Part shown: in pieces, positions 1-10,661 of the stretch
How the letters are laid out: each line of letters opens with the position of its first letter
How positions within the stretch are numbered: position 1 is the stretch's first letter
Assembly (NCBI GenBank): GCA_021845985.1
Contig: JAJZES010000002.1
Coordinates: 5,179 to 69,178 of the forward strand
DNA from: Pseudomonadota bacterium
GTDB taxonomy: Bacteria > Pseudomonadota > Alphaproteobacteria > Acetobacterales > Acetobacteraceae
Direction of reading: 5' to 3'
DNA: 64,000 nt
The notes under the pieces: generated by a model
Told to the model about the DNA's origin: nothing
The model's database searches: none
The model's input: the letters and a program-made list of their open reading frames with translations, nothing else
Position numbers and translations under genes: made by a program

Positions 1-1013
1 GCGAGCAGCGCGGCAACCGGCGCGCGGCGCCGGTGACGGCGGAGGATGTCACCGGCGCCCTGGCCGCCAAATTGTCGCTGTTCCTGCGCGAGCCGCAGTT
101 CCAGGGCCAGACCAAGGAGAAGCTGACCAGCCCGGAGGCGGCGCGCCTGCTGGAGGCGACGTTGCGCGACCGCTTCGACCATTTCCTCGCCGCCGATCCG
201 GCGCGCGCCGATACGCTGCTCGGCTTCGTCATCGAGCGCGCCGAGGAGCGCCTGCGCCGCCGCGATCTCAAGGACACGGCGCGCAAATCGGCGACGCGGC
301 GGCTGCGCCTGCCCGGCAAGCTCACCGACTGCTCGGCCGAAGATGCCGGCAGCACCGAGATTTTTCTCGTCGAGGGCGACAGCGCTGGCGGCTCGGCCAA
401 GCAGGCGCGCGACCGCAGGACGCAGGCGGTGCTGCCGCTGCGCGGCAAAATCCTCAACGTCGCCAGCGCCTCGACGGAGAAGCTGCGGCAGAATCAGGAG
501 TTGAAGGATCTGGTCGAGGCGCTCGGCTGCGGCGTCGGCGAGCGTTTCGACCGCCGTCGGCTGCGCTATGGCCGCGTCATCATCATGACCGACGCCGATG
601 TCGATGGCGCCCACATCGCCTCGCTGCTCATCACCTTTTTCTATCGCGAGCTGCCCGAGTTGATCACCCACGGCCATTTGTTTCTGGCCCAGCCGCCGCT
701 CTATCGGCTGACGCAGGGCGGCAAGACGCTCTATGCAATGTCGGACGCCGACCGCGACCGCAAGCTGCGCCAGTTCAAGAGCGGGGCGAAAGTCGAGATC
801 AGCCGCTTCAAGGGGCTGGGCGAGATGCCACCGGCATCGCTGAAGGAAACCACCATGGACCCGGCGCGGCGGACGCTGCTGAAGGTGCTGACGCTGCCGC
901 AGGACGCGGCGCGCACCAGCGACCTTGTCGAGAGCCTGATGGGACGGCGGCCGGAGCTGCGCTTTCAGTTCATCCAGGACCGCGCCAGAAACGTGGCCGA
1001 GCTGGATGTCTGA
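1..1013 (+). CDS. parE: DNA topoisomerase IV subunit B, C-terminal part (5' end lies outside window)
   Basis: Frame is open from the window edge. Motifs EGDSAGGSAKQARDR, PLRGKILNV, IMTDADVDGAHI, KGLGEM..TTMDP and a ParE-like tail LMGRRPELRFQFIQ. Stop at 1011-1013. Confidence 0.85.
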   Translation, partial: EQRGNRRAAPVTAEDVTGALAAKLSLFLREPQFQGQTKEKLTSPEAARLLEATLRDRFDHFLAADPARADTLLGFVIERAEERLRRRDLKDTARKSATRRLRLPGKLTDCSAEDAGSTEIFLVEGDSAGGSAKQARDRRTQAVLPLRGKILNVASASTEKLRQNQELKDLVEALGCGVGERFDRRRLRYGRVIIMTDADVDGAHIASLLITFFYRELPELITHGHLFLAQPPLYRLTQGGKTLYAMSDADRDRKLRQFKSGAKVEISRFKGLGEMPPASLKETTMDPARRTLLKVLTLPQDAARTSDLVESLMGRRPELRFQFIQDRARNVAELDV

Positions 1014-1076
1014 TACCGCGACGACAGCGCGTTTGGCGGAATGCGCCGGGCATTCCGCCATCCTGCCAGAGCGCTG

Positions 1077-1346
1077 TCAGACCACTTTCTTGAGCGTCGG
1101 CGAGGCCTTGAAGCGCACCGTCTTGCCGGCCTTGACCTTGATCGCCTCGCCGGTGCGCGGGTTCAGCCCCTTGCGCGCCTTGGTCTTGCGCACGATGAAG
1201 GTGCCGAAGCTCGGCAGCGTAAAGCGGCCGTTCTTCTTCAATTCGCGTACGATCGCGGCGATTACTTCGGTCGCGGTACGGTTGGCGGCGGTGCCCGTCA
1301 ACTCGGCGGTTTCCTGGATCACCTGGGCGATGAAGGCTTTGGACAT
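1077..1346 (-). CDS. hup: HU family DNA-binding protein (89 aa)
   Basis: Full-length HU/IHF-like sequence: FGTFIVRKTKARKGLNPRTGEAIKVKAGKTVRFKAS. Confidence 0.9.
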   Translation of the reverse strand: MSKAFIAQVIQETAELTGTAANRTATEVIAAIVRELKKNGRFTLPSFGTFIVRKTKARKGLNPRTGEAIKVKAGKTVRFKASPTLKKVV

Positions 1347-1502
1347 GCGCGACCTTTCCCTTGCCTGACGCTGCCGCGACGGACGCGACTCGCGCTCACC
1401 GCCAGCGTAACTGAAAGAGTGCGCCTCCTATCAGCGATCTTGGCGGCGTGCAAAAGCTTTCTTGCGGGTGGCTGCACCTCCGCCTGATCAGGGAACCCTG
1501 GC

Positions 1503-2396
1503 ATGGAAAATCTACCCGCCACCGAACGCATCGACCCGCGCTATTGCGACCTCGACGCCTGGGATTCGGCCACCGCGCTGGCGGCGCTGTGGGAGGCGCA
1601 GGCCGCCGCCGTTGCCGCTGTGCGCCCGGCCCTGCCGGCGGTCGCCGCCGCCGTCGCCGCGGCGCTGCCGGGCATCACCGCCGGCGGGCGGCTGATCTAT
1701 CTCGGCGCCGGCACCTCCGGCCGGCTCGCGGTGCAGGATGGCGCCGAGCTGACCCCAACCTTCGACTGGCCGCGCGAGCGGATCGTGCTGCTGATCGCCG
1801 GCGGTCCCACGGCGCTGCTCGAAGCGGTCGAGGGCGCCGAGGACGATGCCGAGGCGGCCGGCGCCGCCATCGCCGCGCATCGCGTCGGCGCCGGCGATGT
1901 GGTGCTCGGTCTTGCCGCCAGTGGCCGCACCCCGTTCACCTGCGCCGGCATCGCCGCCGCCGCCGCCGCCGGGGCCGTCACCATCGGCGTTGCCAACAAC
2001 CCGGGCGCGCCGCTGCTGCGCCGCGCCGCGTATCCGATCCTGATCGACACCGGCGCCGAACCGGTCGCCGGCTCGACCCGGCTGAAGGCCGGCACGGCGC
2101 AAAAGATCGTCCTCAACCTGTTCTCGACCTTGCTGATGCTGCGGCTCGGCCGGGTGCATCGCGGGCTGATGGTCGATGTGCGCGCCGGCAATGCCAAGCT
2201 GCGCGACCGCGCGCTGGCCATGCTGCGCCAGCTCAGCGGCGCCGAGGTGCTGCCGGCCGAGGCCGCCCTGCGCAACGCCGGCGGCAACGTCAAGCTGGCG
2301 GTGCTGCTGCTGCGCGGCCTGACGCCGCAGGCGGCGCGCGACCTGCTCGGCCGCCATCACGACAGCCTGCGCGCGGCGCTCGCCGCAATCGGATGA
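1503..2396 (+). CDS. murQ: N-acetylmuramic acid 6-phosphate etherase
   Basis: 297 aa. SIS-domain MurQ pattern: IDLxxWDS, GRLIYLGAGTSGRLAVQDGAELTPTF, GSTRLKAGTAQK. Confidence 0.9.
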   Translation: MENLPATERIDPRYCDLDAWDSATALAALWEAQAAAVAAVRPALPAVAAAVAAALPGITAGGRLIYLGAGTSGRLAVQDGAELTPTFDWPRERIVLLIAGGPTALLEAVEGAEDDAEAAGAAIAAHRVGAGDVVLGLAASGRTPFTCAGIAAAAAAGAVTIGVANNPGAPLLRRAAYPILIDTGAEPVAGSTRLKAGTAQKIVLNLFSTLLMLRLGRVHRGLMVDVRAGNAKLRDRALAMLRQLSGAEVLPAEAALRNAGGNVKLAVLLLRGLTPQAARDLLGRHHDSLRAALAAIG

Positions 2397-2445
2397 AACC
2401 TGTTTCGCGGCGCCGCGGCGACCGTGCGTGCCGGCCAACGGCAAA

Positions 2446-2471
2446 TCCCCTCCCGCCGCGACGGGAGGGGG
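2446..2471. terminator. GC-rich hairpin between convergent murQ and amtB (9-bp stem CCCCTCCCG/CGGGAGGGG, 6-nt loop)
   Basis: Read directly at 2447-2470. Located between two 3' ends. No U-tract. Same core as the repeat family at 35.3 kb and 49.0 kb. Confidence 0.5.
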
Positions 2472-2495
2472 TGATCGTCTTGCCGCAACCGCTGT

Positions 2496-3908
2496 TTAGC
2501 CGAGACGCTCGCCGTGCAGGACCACGTCGAGACCCTCCATCTCCTGTTCCTCGCTGACGCGCAGGCCGACCACGACATCGACGACCTTGAACAGGATGAA
2601 GCTGATCCCGCCGCTCCAGATCAGCGTCGCCAGCACGGCGATGACCTGCGCCTCGAACTGCGGCAGGCCGCCGACATTGCCGCCGGTCCACTCATGCGTC
2701 TTCGGGTCGAGCGTGCCGGTGAACGGCTGGAAGGCGAACACGCCGGTCAGCAGCGCGCCGACGATGCCGCCGATGCCATGCACGCCGAACGTGTCCAGGC
2801 TGTCGTCATAGCCGAGCATGTGCTTGAGGCTGGTCGAGGCCCAGAAGCAGATCACCCCGGCGGCGATGCCGATGATCAGCGCCGGGCCGGGCAGCACGAA
2901 GCCCGAGGCCGGGGTGATCGCCACCAGTCCGGCGACGGCGCCCGAGGCGGCACCGAGCACGCTCGGCTTACCCTTGCTGCCCCATTCGGCGAACATCCAG
3001 GCCAGCGCCGCCGCGGCGGTGGCGATCTGCGTCACCGTCATCGCCATGCCGGCGCGACCATTGGCGCCGACGGCCGAGCCGGCATTGAAGCCGAACCAGC
3101 CCACCCACAGCAGCGAGGCGCCGATGATGGCATAGGACACGTCGAACGGCGCCATGTTGTCATGGCCGTAGCCGACGCGCTTGCCGAGCACGAGGCAGGC
3201 GACCAGCCCGGCGACGCCGGCATTGATGTGAACCACCGTGCCGCCGGCGAAGTCCGCGGCACCCGGCAGGCCGAACACGCCGGCGCCGAGCCAGCCGGTG
3301 GCGCTCCACACCCAATGGGCGATCGGCGAATAGACGAACAGCGACCACAGCACCATGAACAGACACATCGCCGAGAACTTCATGCGGTCGGCAAAGGCGC
3401 CGGCGATCAGCGCCGGGGTGATGATGGCGAACGTCATCTGGAACATCATATAGACGCTCTCGGGGATGGTGGTCTGGGTCGCCGCATCGACGCCCGCCCC
3501 GAGCTTGAACGCCTGATCCCAGTTGGCCCCGAAGCCGGCCAGGAAAAAGCGCGACATGTCGCCGATATACGGATTGCCATTGGTGAAGGCGAGGCTGTAG
3601 CCGGCCACCATCCAGGTGATCGTTACCAGACAGCAGATGGCGAAGGACTGCATAATGGTCGCCAGAATGTTCTTTTTGCGCACCATGCCGGCATAGAACA
3701 GGGCCAGGCCGGGTATCGTCATCATCAGCACCAGCGCGGTGCTGGTCAGCATCCAGGCGGTGTCGCCGCTGTCGATCTTGACTGCGGCCGCCGCCGCCGC
3801 CGGTGCGGCCGCCGCCGGCGCATCGTCGGCCAGCGCCGGCACCGCCATCAGCAGCGGCAGCATCATCGACAGAAGCGCCAGCGTGGCGCGTTCAGTGAGC
3901 CTCTTCAT
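2496..3908 (-). CDS. amtB: ammonium transporter
   Basis: Amt/Mep family sequence (signal-like N-terminus, DFAGGTVVHINAG, WFGFNAGS, GVHGIGG). Start chosen at MKRLTERA with upstream GAGGGAAG. The longer ORF start at 4013 would overlap glnK. Confidence 0.9.
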   Translation of the reverse strand: MKRLTERATLALLSMMLPLLMAVPALADDAPAAAAPAAAAAAVKIDSGDTAWMLTSTALVLMMTIPGLALFYAGMVRKKNILATIMQSFAICCLVTITWMVAGYSLAFTNGNPYIGDMSRFFLAGFGANWDQAFKLGAGVDAATQTTIPESVYMMFQMTFAIITPALIAGAFADRMKFSAMCLFMVLWSLFVYSPIAHWVWSATGWLGAGVFGLPGAADFAGGTVVHINAGVAGLVACLVLGKRVGYGHDNMAPFDVSYAIIGASLLWVGWFGFNAGSAVGANGRAGMAMTVTQIATAAAALAWMFAEWGSKGKPSVLGAASGAVAGLVAITPASGFVLPGPALIIGIAAGVICFWASTSLKHMLGYDDSLDTFGVHGIGGIVGALLTGVFAFQPFTGTLDPKTHEWTGGNVGGLPQFEAQVIAVLATLIWSGGISFILFKVVDVVVGLRVSEEQEMEGLDVVLHGERLG

Positions 3909-3948
3909 CCCCGGTTCTTCCCTCGGTTTCAGTAATGGTCGGCGGGTG

Positions 3949-4345
<397 letters not shown>

Positions 4346-4465
4346 GCACATGTCATGGCGGTAATGCGGCGGCGGCGGCGGCGTTGCCCAAAGCGCAGGC
4401 AGGCGGGTTGCAATTGCGCTCATCGACGCTTCCTGGTGTGTTGCTTGCAGCTTAGGCAGAGGCTC

Positions 4466-5680
4466 ATGGACGATCGGATCGAGGTTGATGTCTGCGTGGT
4501 CGGCGCCGGGCCGGTCGGCGGCGTGCTGGCCTGCCGGATGGCCGCCGCCGGGGTGCGGGTGGCGATCCTTGACCGGGCGGCGCTGCCGCCGATGGAGCAC
4601 CCGGATTTCGACGGCCGCGCCTATGCCATCGCCGGCGGCTCGCGGGCGCTGTTGGAGCAGGCCGGGCTGTGGCAGCGGCTGCCCTATGCGCCCGGCCCGA
4701 TCCGCGACATCCGCGTCACCGACGGCCGGGTGGGCCGCGCCGCCGGGCCGCTGTTTCTGCATTTCGGCGCCGCCGAAGCCGGCGCCGAGGCGTTCGGCTG
4801 GATGATCGAGGCGCGCAGCCTGCGCATGGCGCTCAACACGGCGCTCCACGGGCAGAATCTGCTGTCGGTGTTCGCGCCGGCGGCGGCAACGGTGACACGC
4901 GCCGCCGATGGCGCCGTGGTGCGCATCACCGGCGGGCCGCAGATCGCCGCCCGCCTCGTCGTCGCCGCCGAAGGGCGCAACAGCCGGCTGCGTCAGGAGG
5001 CCGGCATCCGCGTCACCCGCTTCCCCTATCGGCAGACCGGCCTGGTCTGCGCCATCGCCCATGACCGCCCGCATCACGGCGTGGCGCTCGAACATTTCCT
5101 GCCGGCGGGTCCGTTCGCCCAACTGCCGATGGCCGCGACCGAGGCGGCGGCGAACACCTCGGCCATCGTCTGGACCGAGCGGCCGGAGGTGGCGGCACAG
5201 TTGATGGCGCTGCCGGATGACGCCTATGCGCGCCAACTGGCCCGCCGGCTCGGCGACCATCTGGGCGCCATCCGGCTGATCGGGCGGCGCTGGAGCTATC
5301 CGCTCGGGGCGCTGCACGCGCATCACTATACCGCCGAGCGGCTGGCGCTGGTCGGCGATGCGGCGCACGGCATCCACCCGATCGCCGGCCAGGGCCTCAA
5401 TCTCGGCCTGCGCGACGCGGCGCTGCTGGCGACGCTGGCGGCCGCGGCGGTGGCCGCCGGCGAGGACCCCGGCGCGCCGGCGCTGCTCGCCCGCTATCAG
5501 GCGGCGCGGCGGCCGGACAGCCTGATGATGCTGGCGGCGACCGACGCGCTCGACCGGCTGTTCAGCACCGACAGCCGGCTGATCCGCGCCGCGCGCGATC
5601 TCGGCATCGCCGCGGTCCACCGGCTGCCGCCGCTCAAGCGCCTGTTCATGCGTCAGGCGATGGGGCTGCGGGAGGCGTAG
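4466..5680 (+). CDS. UbiH/UbiF/VisC/COQ6-family FAD-dependent ubiquinone-biosynthesis hydroxylase
   Basis: Start MDDRIEVDVCVVGAGPVGG (GxGxxG). C-terminal GDAAHGIHPIAGQGLNLGLRDA motif. Confidence 0.85.
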   Translation: MDDRIEVDVCVVGAGPVGGVLACRMAAAGVRVAILDRAALPPMEHPDFDGRAYAIAGGSRALLEQAGLWQRLPYAPGPIRDIRVTDGRVGRAAGPLFLHFGAAEAGAEAFGWMIEARSLRMALNTALHGQNLLSVFAPAAATVTRAADGAVVRITGGPQIAARLVVAAEGRNSRLRQEAGIRVTRFPYRQTGLVCAIAHDRPHHGVALEHFLPAGPFAQLPMAATEAAANTSAIVWTERPEVAAQLMALPDDAYARQLARRLGDHLGAIRLIGRRWSYPLGALHAHHYTAERLALVGDAAHGIHPIAGQGLNLGLRDAALLATLAAAAVAAGEDPGAPALLARYQAARRPDSLMMLAATDALDRLFSTDSRLIRAARDLGIAAVHRLPPLKRLFMRQAMGLREA

Positions 5681-6917
5681 GCGCCGCGTCCGGCCGCGTC
5701 TCCGGCATCGTCGCGGCGGCGATCAGCACCGCGACCGCCCCGGCCAGGGTCAGCGCCAGGAAGGCGACGCTGCTGCCGAAACGCCCGGCCAGACCGCCGG
5801 CCATCGCCGTGCTCAGCGTCGCCCCGACGCCGACGGCAAGGCCGATCGTGCCCATGCACAGGTTGAACCGGCCGGTCCCGCGCGTCAGGTCGGCGGCGAC
5901 CAGTGGCACCAGCACGCCGGCCACCGCGCCGCCAACGCCATCGAGCACCTGGCTGGCGACGATCAGCCCCGGACTGGCCAGCGTCGCGAGCAGCAGCCCG
6001 CGCACCGGCAGCGCCACGAAGCCGAGCAGCAGCACGATGCGCCGGCCGCGCCGCTCCGCCATCCGCCCGACCCAGGGCGACAGCAGCGCCACCACCGCCT
6101 GCGGCACCACGAGGCAGGCGGCGATGACGAGGTTGGCCCGGTCCCCGGCCTGCCGCGTCACCTCCGCCGCGGCGATCGGCAGCATCGCCGCGTTGGCCAG
6201 TTGGAAAAACAGGATGCACAGCGCGAAGCCGAGCAACCGCCGGTCGAGCAGAACACCCCACCCGGCAAAGCCGCGCGCGCCGTCCGGCGGCCGCAGCGTG
6301 GCGGCGGCCAGCGCCGGATCGGGCGACGGGTCGCGCGGCGGCATCGCCCGCACCGCCAGCAGCGCCGGCACGGTCAGCGCGGCGGCCAGCCAGAACACCG
6401 CCTGGCTCGACACATAGCTCCCCACCACCCCCATCAGCGCCGCCCCGGCGGCGTTGCCGATGGCGGCGAAGCGGGCGTTGCGGCCGAGCCGCTCGGCAAA
6501 GGCGCCGCGGCCGACGCGGTTCAGCGTGATCGCGGCGATGGCGGGCATCAGCACACAACTGGCGAAGCCATGCACCCCCTGCGCCAGCATCACCGGCCCC
6601 TGCTCCGGCCACAGCGCCAGCAGCGCCGCGCTGGCCGCCACCGCCAGCAGCCCGATCGTGGCGGCCAGCCCCTTGCGTGGCATGGCATCGACCAGCGCGC
6701 CGGCCGGCACCTGGGCCAGCATCGTCACCGCCGAGCCGACCGACAGCGCCACGCCGATCTCGCCCTGCGTCCATTTATGCGTCGTCAGATAGACGGCGAT
6801 GAACGGCCCGAACCCGGTCTGCAGATTGGCGACGAAGAAATTGAGCCAGTCGAGCGCCCGCAGCCCGGTCTCCGGCGGCCCGGTCTCCGGCGGCCCCGCT
6901 GCGCGCGCCCGGCGCAT
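5646..6917 (-). CDS. MFS transporter
   Basis: About 12 hydrophobic segments; MFS-like loops. Start set at MRRARAAG (6915-6917). Its 3' end overlaps the hydroxylase gene by 35 nt, convergently. Confidence 0.75.
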   Translation of the reverse strand: MRRARAAGPPETGPPETGLRALDWLNFFVANLQTGFGPFIAVYLTTHKWTQGEIGVALSVGSAVTMLAQVPAGALVDAMPRKGLAATIGLLAVAASAALLALWPEQGPVMLAQGVHGFASCVLMPAIAAITLNRVGRGAFAERLGRNARFAAIGNAAGAALMGVVGSYVSSQAVFWLAAALTVPALLAVRAMPPRDPSPDPALAAATLRPPDGARGFAGWGVLLDRRLLGFALCILFFQLANAAMLPIAAAEVTRQAGDRANLVIAACLVVPQAVVALLSPWVGRMAERRGRRIVLLLGFVALPVRGLLLATLASPGLIVASQVLDGVGGAVAGVLVPLVAADLTRGTGRFNLCMGTIGLAVGVGATLSTAMAGGLAGRFGSSVAFLALTLAGAVAVLIAAATMPETRPDAAPTPPAAPSPDA

Positions 6918-6921
6918 CGGC

Positions 6922-7413
6922 TCACTGGCCGGATGCGGCGGCCGGACCCGGTTCCGATGGCACTGGCGGCGGCTCGACGCCCACCGCCTCGACCGGCTTG
7001 GCCGGGTCATAGGCCGGCGCCGATTCGATGCGGTCGGAGGCGAGGGCAAGCGTCGCCAGCGGGACCTTGCCAAGACTGAAGCGCAGCGCCGCCCAATCGA
7101 CCGCGACCTTGCGGTTGCCCATGCCGAGGAAGCCGCCGACATCGATCACCACCGCCCGCGGCTTGCCGGCGCCGTCGATCAGCACATCGACGATCCGCCC
7201 GACTTCCTTGCCGTCGCTGCCGCGCGTCGCCAGCCCGAGCAGGCTGACCACCTGGTCTTCGGCCACCTGCTCCAGCACCGCCGGCGCCGCCGCCGCCGGC
7301 GCCGGCGCAGTCTGGGCCACCGCGCCGCCGCCGCACATCACCGCCGCCACTACCAGTACCGCCGCCAACCGCCCGACCGCCACTGTCCGCCCCCGCTTGC
7401 ACCGCCGAGCCAT
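6922..7413 (-). CDS. PRC-barrel domain protein with signal peptide
   Basis: GKEVGRIVDVLIDGAGKPRAVVIDVGGFLGMGNRKVAVDW is a typical PRC-barrel. N-terminal hydrophobic leader ending AVA-QT. Stop lies 4 nt before the MFS start. Confidence 0.7.
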   Translation of the reverse strand: MARRCKRGRTVAVGRLAAVLVVAAVMCGGGAVAQTAPAPAAAAPAVLEQVAEDQVVSLLGLATRGSDGKEVGRIVDVLIDGAGKPRAVVIDVGGFLGMGNRKVAVDWAALRFSLGKVPLATLALASDRIESAPAYDPAKPVEAVGVEPPPVPSEPGPAAASGQ

Positions 7414-7445
7414 GACGCGGCCGGATCGGGTCGGTTGCAGCGGCA

Positions 7446-8624
7446 TCAGCCCGGCCGCCGTGGCCGCGCCAGATCGGCGGCGGTGGCGCCGAGCGCGCCG
7501 ATCAGCATCAGCACCGCCATCGGCCGCGCCGTCCCGTCGGCAGCCAGCCCGACCAGCAGGCCGCTGCCGGCGCCGAGCATGTATTGCAGCGTTCCCATCA
7601 GCGCCGAGGCGCTGCCGGCATGCGCGGCGTGACGCGACAGCGCGCCGACGGTGGCGTTCGGGTTGGTGAAACCCATGCTGGCGGTGCCGAGGGCGATCAG
7701 CACGGCATAGATCCACCACGCCCCCAGCCCGGCCACCGCCAGCCCGGTCAGCCCCAGCCCGGCCAGCAGCGACACCGCCACCCCGGCATGCAGCAGGCGC
7801 GAAAAGCCGAAACGCGGCAGCAGCCGCGGATTAACCTGCGTCGCGGCGATGAAGCACACCGCGCAACTGCCGAACACGATGCCGTATTGCGACGGGGTCA
7901 GGCGGAAATGGGCGATGAACACATCGGGCGAGCCGCCGAGATAGGCGAAGGTGGTGAAACTGGCGAACCCCAGGATCAGCGCATGGGTGATGAAGCTGCG
8001 CTCACGCCCGATCGCCCGGTAGCGCCCGATCAGCGCCGCCGGGCCGAGCTTGACCCGCCCGCGCTCGGGCAGCGTCTCCGGCAGCAGCTTCCACACCACC
8101 GCGCAGCCGAGCGCGCCATAGGCCGCGGCGATCCAGAAGATGGTATGCCAGTCGGCGACCTTGAGCACGAAGCCGCCGAGCGTCGGGGCCAGGATCGGGG
8201 CGACGCCCATCACCAGCATCAGCCGGCTCATCAGCCGCGCCGCCATGTGCCCGTCGGCGACATCGCGCACCATGGCGCGCGGGATCACCATGCTGGCCGA
8301 GCCGCCGAACGCGGCGATGAAGCGCATCACCGCCAGCGTGGTGAGATCGGGCGACAGCGCGCAGCCGGCCGAGGCCAGCGTATAGAGCGCGGTGCCGAAC
8401 AGCAGCGGCAGCCGCCGGCCGAGCCGGTCGGACAGCGTCCCCTGGGTGATCTGGCCGATCGCCAGCCCGGCGAACCAGGTTGCCAGGGTGATCTGCGCGG
8501 TGCCCGGCCGGCCGCCAAGCGCCGCCTCGATCGCCGGGAAGGCCGGCAAATACATGTCGGTCGAAACCGGCCCGACGGCGATCAGGAACCCGAGCAGGAC
8601 CGGCAGCAAGGCAGATGGCGGCAT
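7446..8624 (-). CDS. Bcr/CflA-family multidrug efflux MFS transporter
   Basis: VSTDMYLPAFPAI, GQITQGTLSDRLGRR motifs. Only the last 392 codons of the 1026-aa track ORF are credible. Confidence 0.85.
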   Translation of the reverse strand: MPPSALLPVLLGFLIAVGPVSTDMYLPAFPAIEAALGGRPGTAQITLATWFAGLAIGQITQGTLSDRLGRRLPLLFGTALYTLASAGCALSPDLTTLAVMRFIAAFGGSASMVIPRAMVRDVADGHMAARLMSRLMLVMGVAPILAPTLGGFVLKVADWHTIFWIAAAYGALGCAVVWKLLPETLPERGRVKLGPAALIGRYRAIGRERSFITHALILGFASFTTFAYLGGSPDVFIAHFRLTPSQYGIVFGSCAVCFIAATQVNPRLLPRFGFSRLLHAGVAVSLLAGLGLTGLAVAGLGAWWIYAVLIALGTASMGFTNPNATVGALSRHAAHAGSASALMGTLQYMLGAGSGLLVGLAADGTARPMAVLMLIGALGATAADLARPRRPG

Positions 8625-8726
8625 CCCCCCGTTATGCCGGCGGCGGCGCCGCCGGCCTATCATTATTCGGGCATAGCGGCATCGCCACCGTTGCCGCTGC
8701 GCAGCGATGCTTGAAATCACCGGCAA

Positions 8727-10661
8727 GTGACCGTATCGGCACGCTCTGTCCTGCCCCGGAGCGTCCGCGTGACCACGACCGACGACGCCGCCGCATTGCT
8801 CGCCCGCGGCAACGACTGCCTGCAGTCCGGCGACACCGCCGCGGCGCTCGACCTGCTCGGCCGCGCCGCCGCCGCCGACCCCGGCTCGGCGCCGGCGCAG
8901 GCGGCGCTGGCGGTGGCGCTGCAGGCGGCCGGCCGGCCGGCCGAGGCGCGCGACGCCTTCGCCGCCGCGCTCGCCCGCGACCCGACGCTGGCCGAGGCGC
9001 AGTACGGCCTCGCCGTCACCCTGCAGGCGACCGGCGCGACCGAGGCCGCAGTGGATCGCTTCGACGCGCTGCTGGCCGCCCGCCCCGACCTCGCCGAAGC
9101 CCATTATGGCCGCGCCGTCGCCCTGCGCAGCCTGCACCGGCATGCCGAGGCCGAAGCCGGCTTCGCCGCGGCGCTGGCGCTCGACGACAGTTTCGCCGAG
9201 GCCGCGGTCGGCCGGGCCTTGGCGCTGATCGCGCTCGGCCGCGCCGACGCCGCCATCACCGCCGGCGAACAGGCGCTGCTGATCGACCCCGACTATACCG
9301 ACGCCCGCGCCACCCTGGCCGCGGCGCTGCAGGCGGCGCACCGCCTGGGCGAGGCGGCGACGCAATGGCAGGAAGTGCTGCTGGCACAGCCCGAGAATGT
9401 TCCGGCGATGGTGGCGCTCGGCAACACGTTGCTGCAGATCGGTCTGGCGGATCAGGCGGCGGCATCGTTTCGCGCCGCCCTGCAGCGCGCCCCCGACCTG
9501 GCGGAGGCGCTGCACGGTCTGGGCAACGCGCTGCTGGAACTCGGCGAGGCGGCGGCCGGCATCGCCGCACTCGAACGCGCCATCGCGGTGGCGCCGCGCC
9601 GGCTGGCCAGCGCGCTCGCCCTGGTCAACGCCCGGCGCATGACCCGCGACGAGCCGATCGCGCAGATGCTGCTGCAGCGCGCCGCCGAGGGCGCTCCGCT
9701 CGGCACCGAAGAGCGCGCCGTGCTCTGCTTCGCCCTGGCCAAGCTGCATGACGACATCGGCGAACCGGCGCGCGGTTTCGACTATTTGCTGGAGGCCAAC
9801 GCGCTGCACCGCAGTCGCATCGCCTATCATGAACGCGCCACGCTGACCGGCATCGCCGCCCATGCCGAGGCGTTCACCGCCGCGCTGATGCAGCGCCTCG
9901 GCGGTCTCGGCGATCCCGATGCGCGGCCGGCGTTCATCGTCGGCATGCCGCGCTCCGGCTCGACCCTGATCGAACAGATGCTCGCCAGCCACCCCGCCGT
10001 GTTCGGCGCCGGCGAGCGCGGCGACTTCGTCAGCGCGCTGCATGCGATGGCGACGATCGAGGAGGACGCCCCCGCGATCGACCGCTTCGTCGCCGGCCTG
10101 GACGCCGAGCGGCTGCGCGATCTCGGGCGGTCCTATCTGCACCGGCTGCGCAGCGCCCTGCCGCCCGGCGCCGCGCCGCAGCGCATCACCGACAAGCTGC
10201 TGGCCAATTTCCAGTTCGTCGGCATGATCCATCTGGCGCTGCCGAACGCGCGCATCATCCACACGCGGCGCGATCCGGTCGATACCTGCCTGTCCAATTT
10301 CGCCAAGCTCTATGGTTCGTCGCTGGCGTTCCCCTACGATCTGGGCGAACTCGGCCGCTACTGGCGGGCCTATGACACGCTGATGGCGCATTGGCGCCAG
10401 GTGTTGCCACCGGGGGTCATGCTGGAAATCGACTATGAGGCCAGCGTCGCCGATTTTCCGGCGCAGGCCCGCCGCGTGCTGGCCCATCTCGGCCTGGACT
10501 GGGACGATGCGGTGCTTGCCTTCCATACCACGGTGCGGCCGGTGCGCACCGCGAGTCAGACGCAGGTGCGCCAGCCGATCTATCGCGGATCGGTCGGGCG
10601 CTGGCGGCCGGAGGCGGCGAAACTGCGCCCGCTGCTCGACGCGCTGGAGCTGGAGGCGTGA
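8727..10661 (+). CDS. TPR-repeat protein fused to a C-terminal sulfotransferase domain
   Basis: About 8 TPR-like repeats (AxxxLxxALxxxPxxAEA pattern). These are followed by PAPS-binding motifs GMPRSGSTLIEQML (5'-PSB) and HTRRDPVDTCLS (3'-PB). Start uncertain (GTG 8727 or GTG 8769). Confidence 0.8.
   Translation: MTVSARSVLPRSVRVTTTDDAAALLARGNDCLQSGDTAAALDLLGRAAAADPGSAPAQAALAVALQAAGRPAEARDAFAAALARDPTLAEAQYGLAVTLQATGATEAAVDRFDALLAARPDLAEAHYGRAVALRSLHRHAEAEAGFAAALALDDSFAEAAVGRALALIALGRADAAITAGEQALLIDPDYTDARATLAAALQAAHRLGEAATQWQEVLLAQPENVPAMVALGNTLLQIGLADQAAASFRAALQRAPDLAEALHGLGNALLELGEAAAGIAALERAIAVAPRRLASALALVNARRMTRDEPIAQMLLQRAAEGAPLGTEERAVLCFALAKLHDDIGEPARGFDYLLEANALHRSRIAYHERATLTGIAAHAEAFTAALMQRLGGLGDPDARPAFIVGMPRSGSTLIEQMLASHPAVFGAGERGDFVSALHAMATIEEDAPAIDRFVAGLDAERLRDLGRSYLHRLRSALPPGAAPQRITDKLLANFQFVGMIHLALPNARIIHTRRDPVDTCLSNFAKLYGSSLAFPYDLGELGRYWRAYDTLMAHWRQVLPPGVMLEIDYEASVADFPAQARRVLAHLGLDWDDAVLAFHTTVRPVRTASQTQVRQPIYRGSVGRWRPEAAKLRPLLDALELEA

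Noticed and set aside
4432-4447. Sigma-54-like TGGTGT-N5-TTGCA (GG-N10-GC) on the plus strand upstream of the UbiH-family gene
   Set aside because: The -12 element is only ~19 nt from the ATG, leaving essentially no leader. There is no rationale or enhancer-binding context for a ubiquinone hydroxylase. It is likely a chance match.
7446-10526. 1026-aa minus-strand ORF, the longest in the track
   Set aside because: Only its last 392 codons (7446-8624) look like a real protein, a Bcr/CflA MFS transporter. The upstream two thirds are Arg/Gly/Ala/Gln-rich low-complexity sequence, exactly antisense to the well-supported TPR-sulfotransferase gene. It is a typical open antisense frame in GC-rich DNA.
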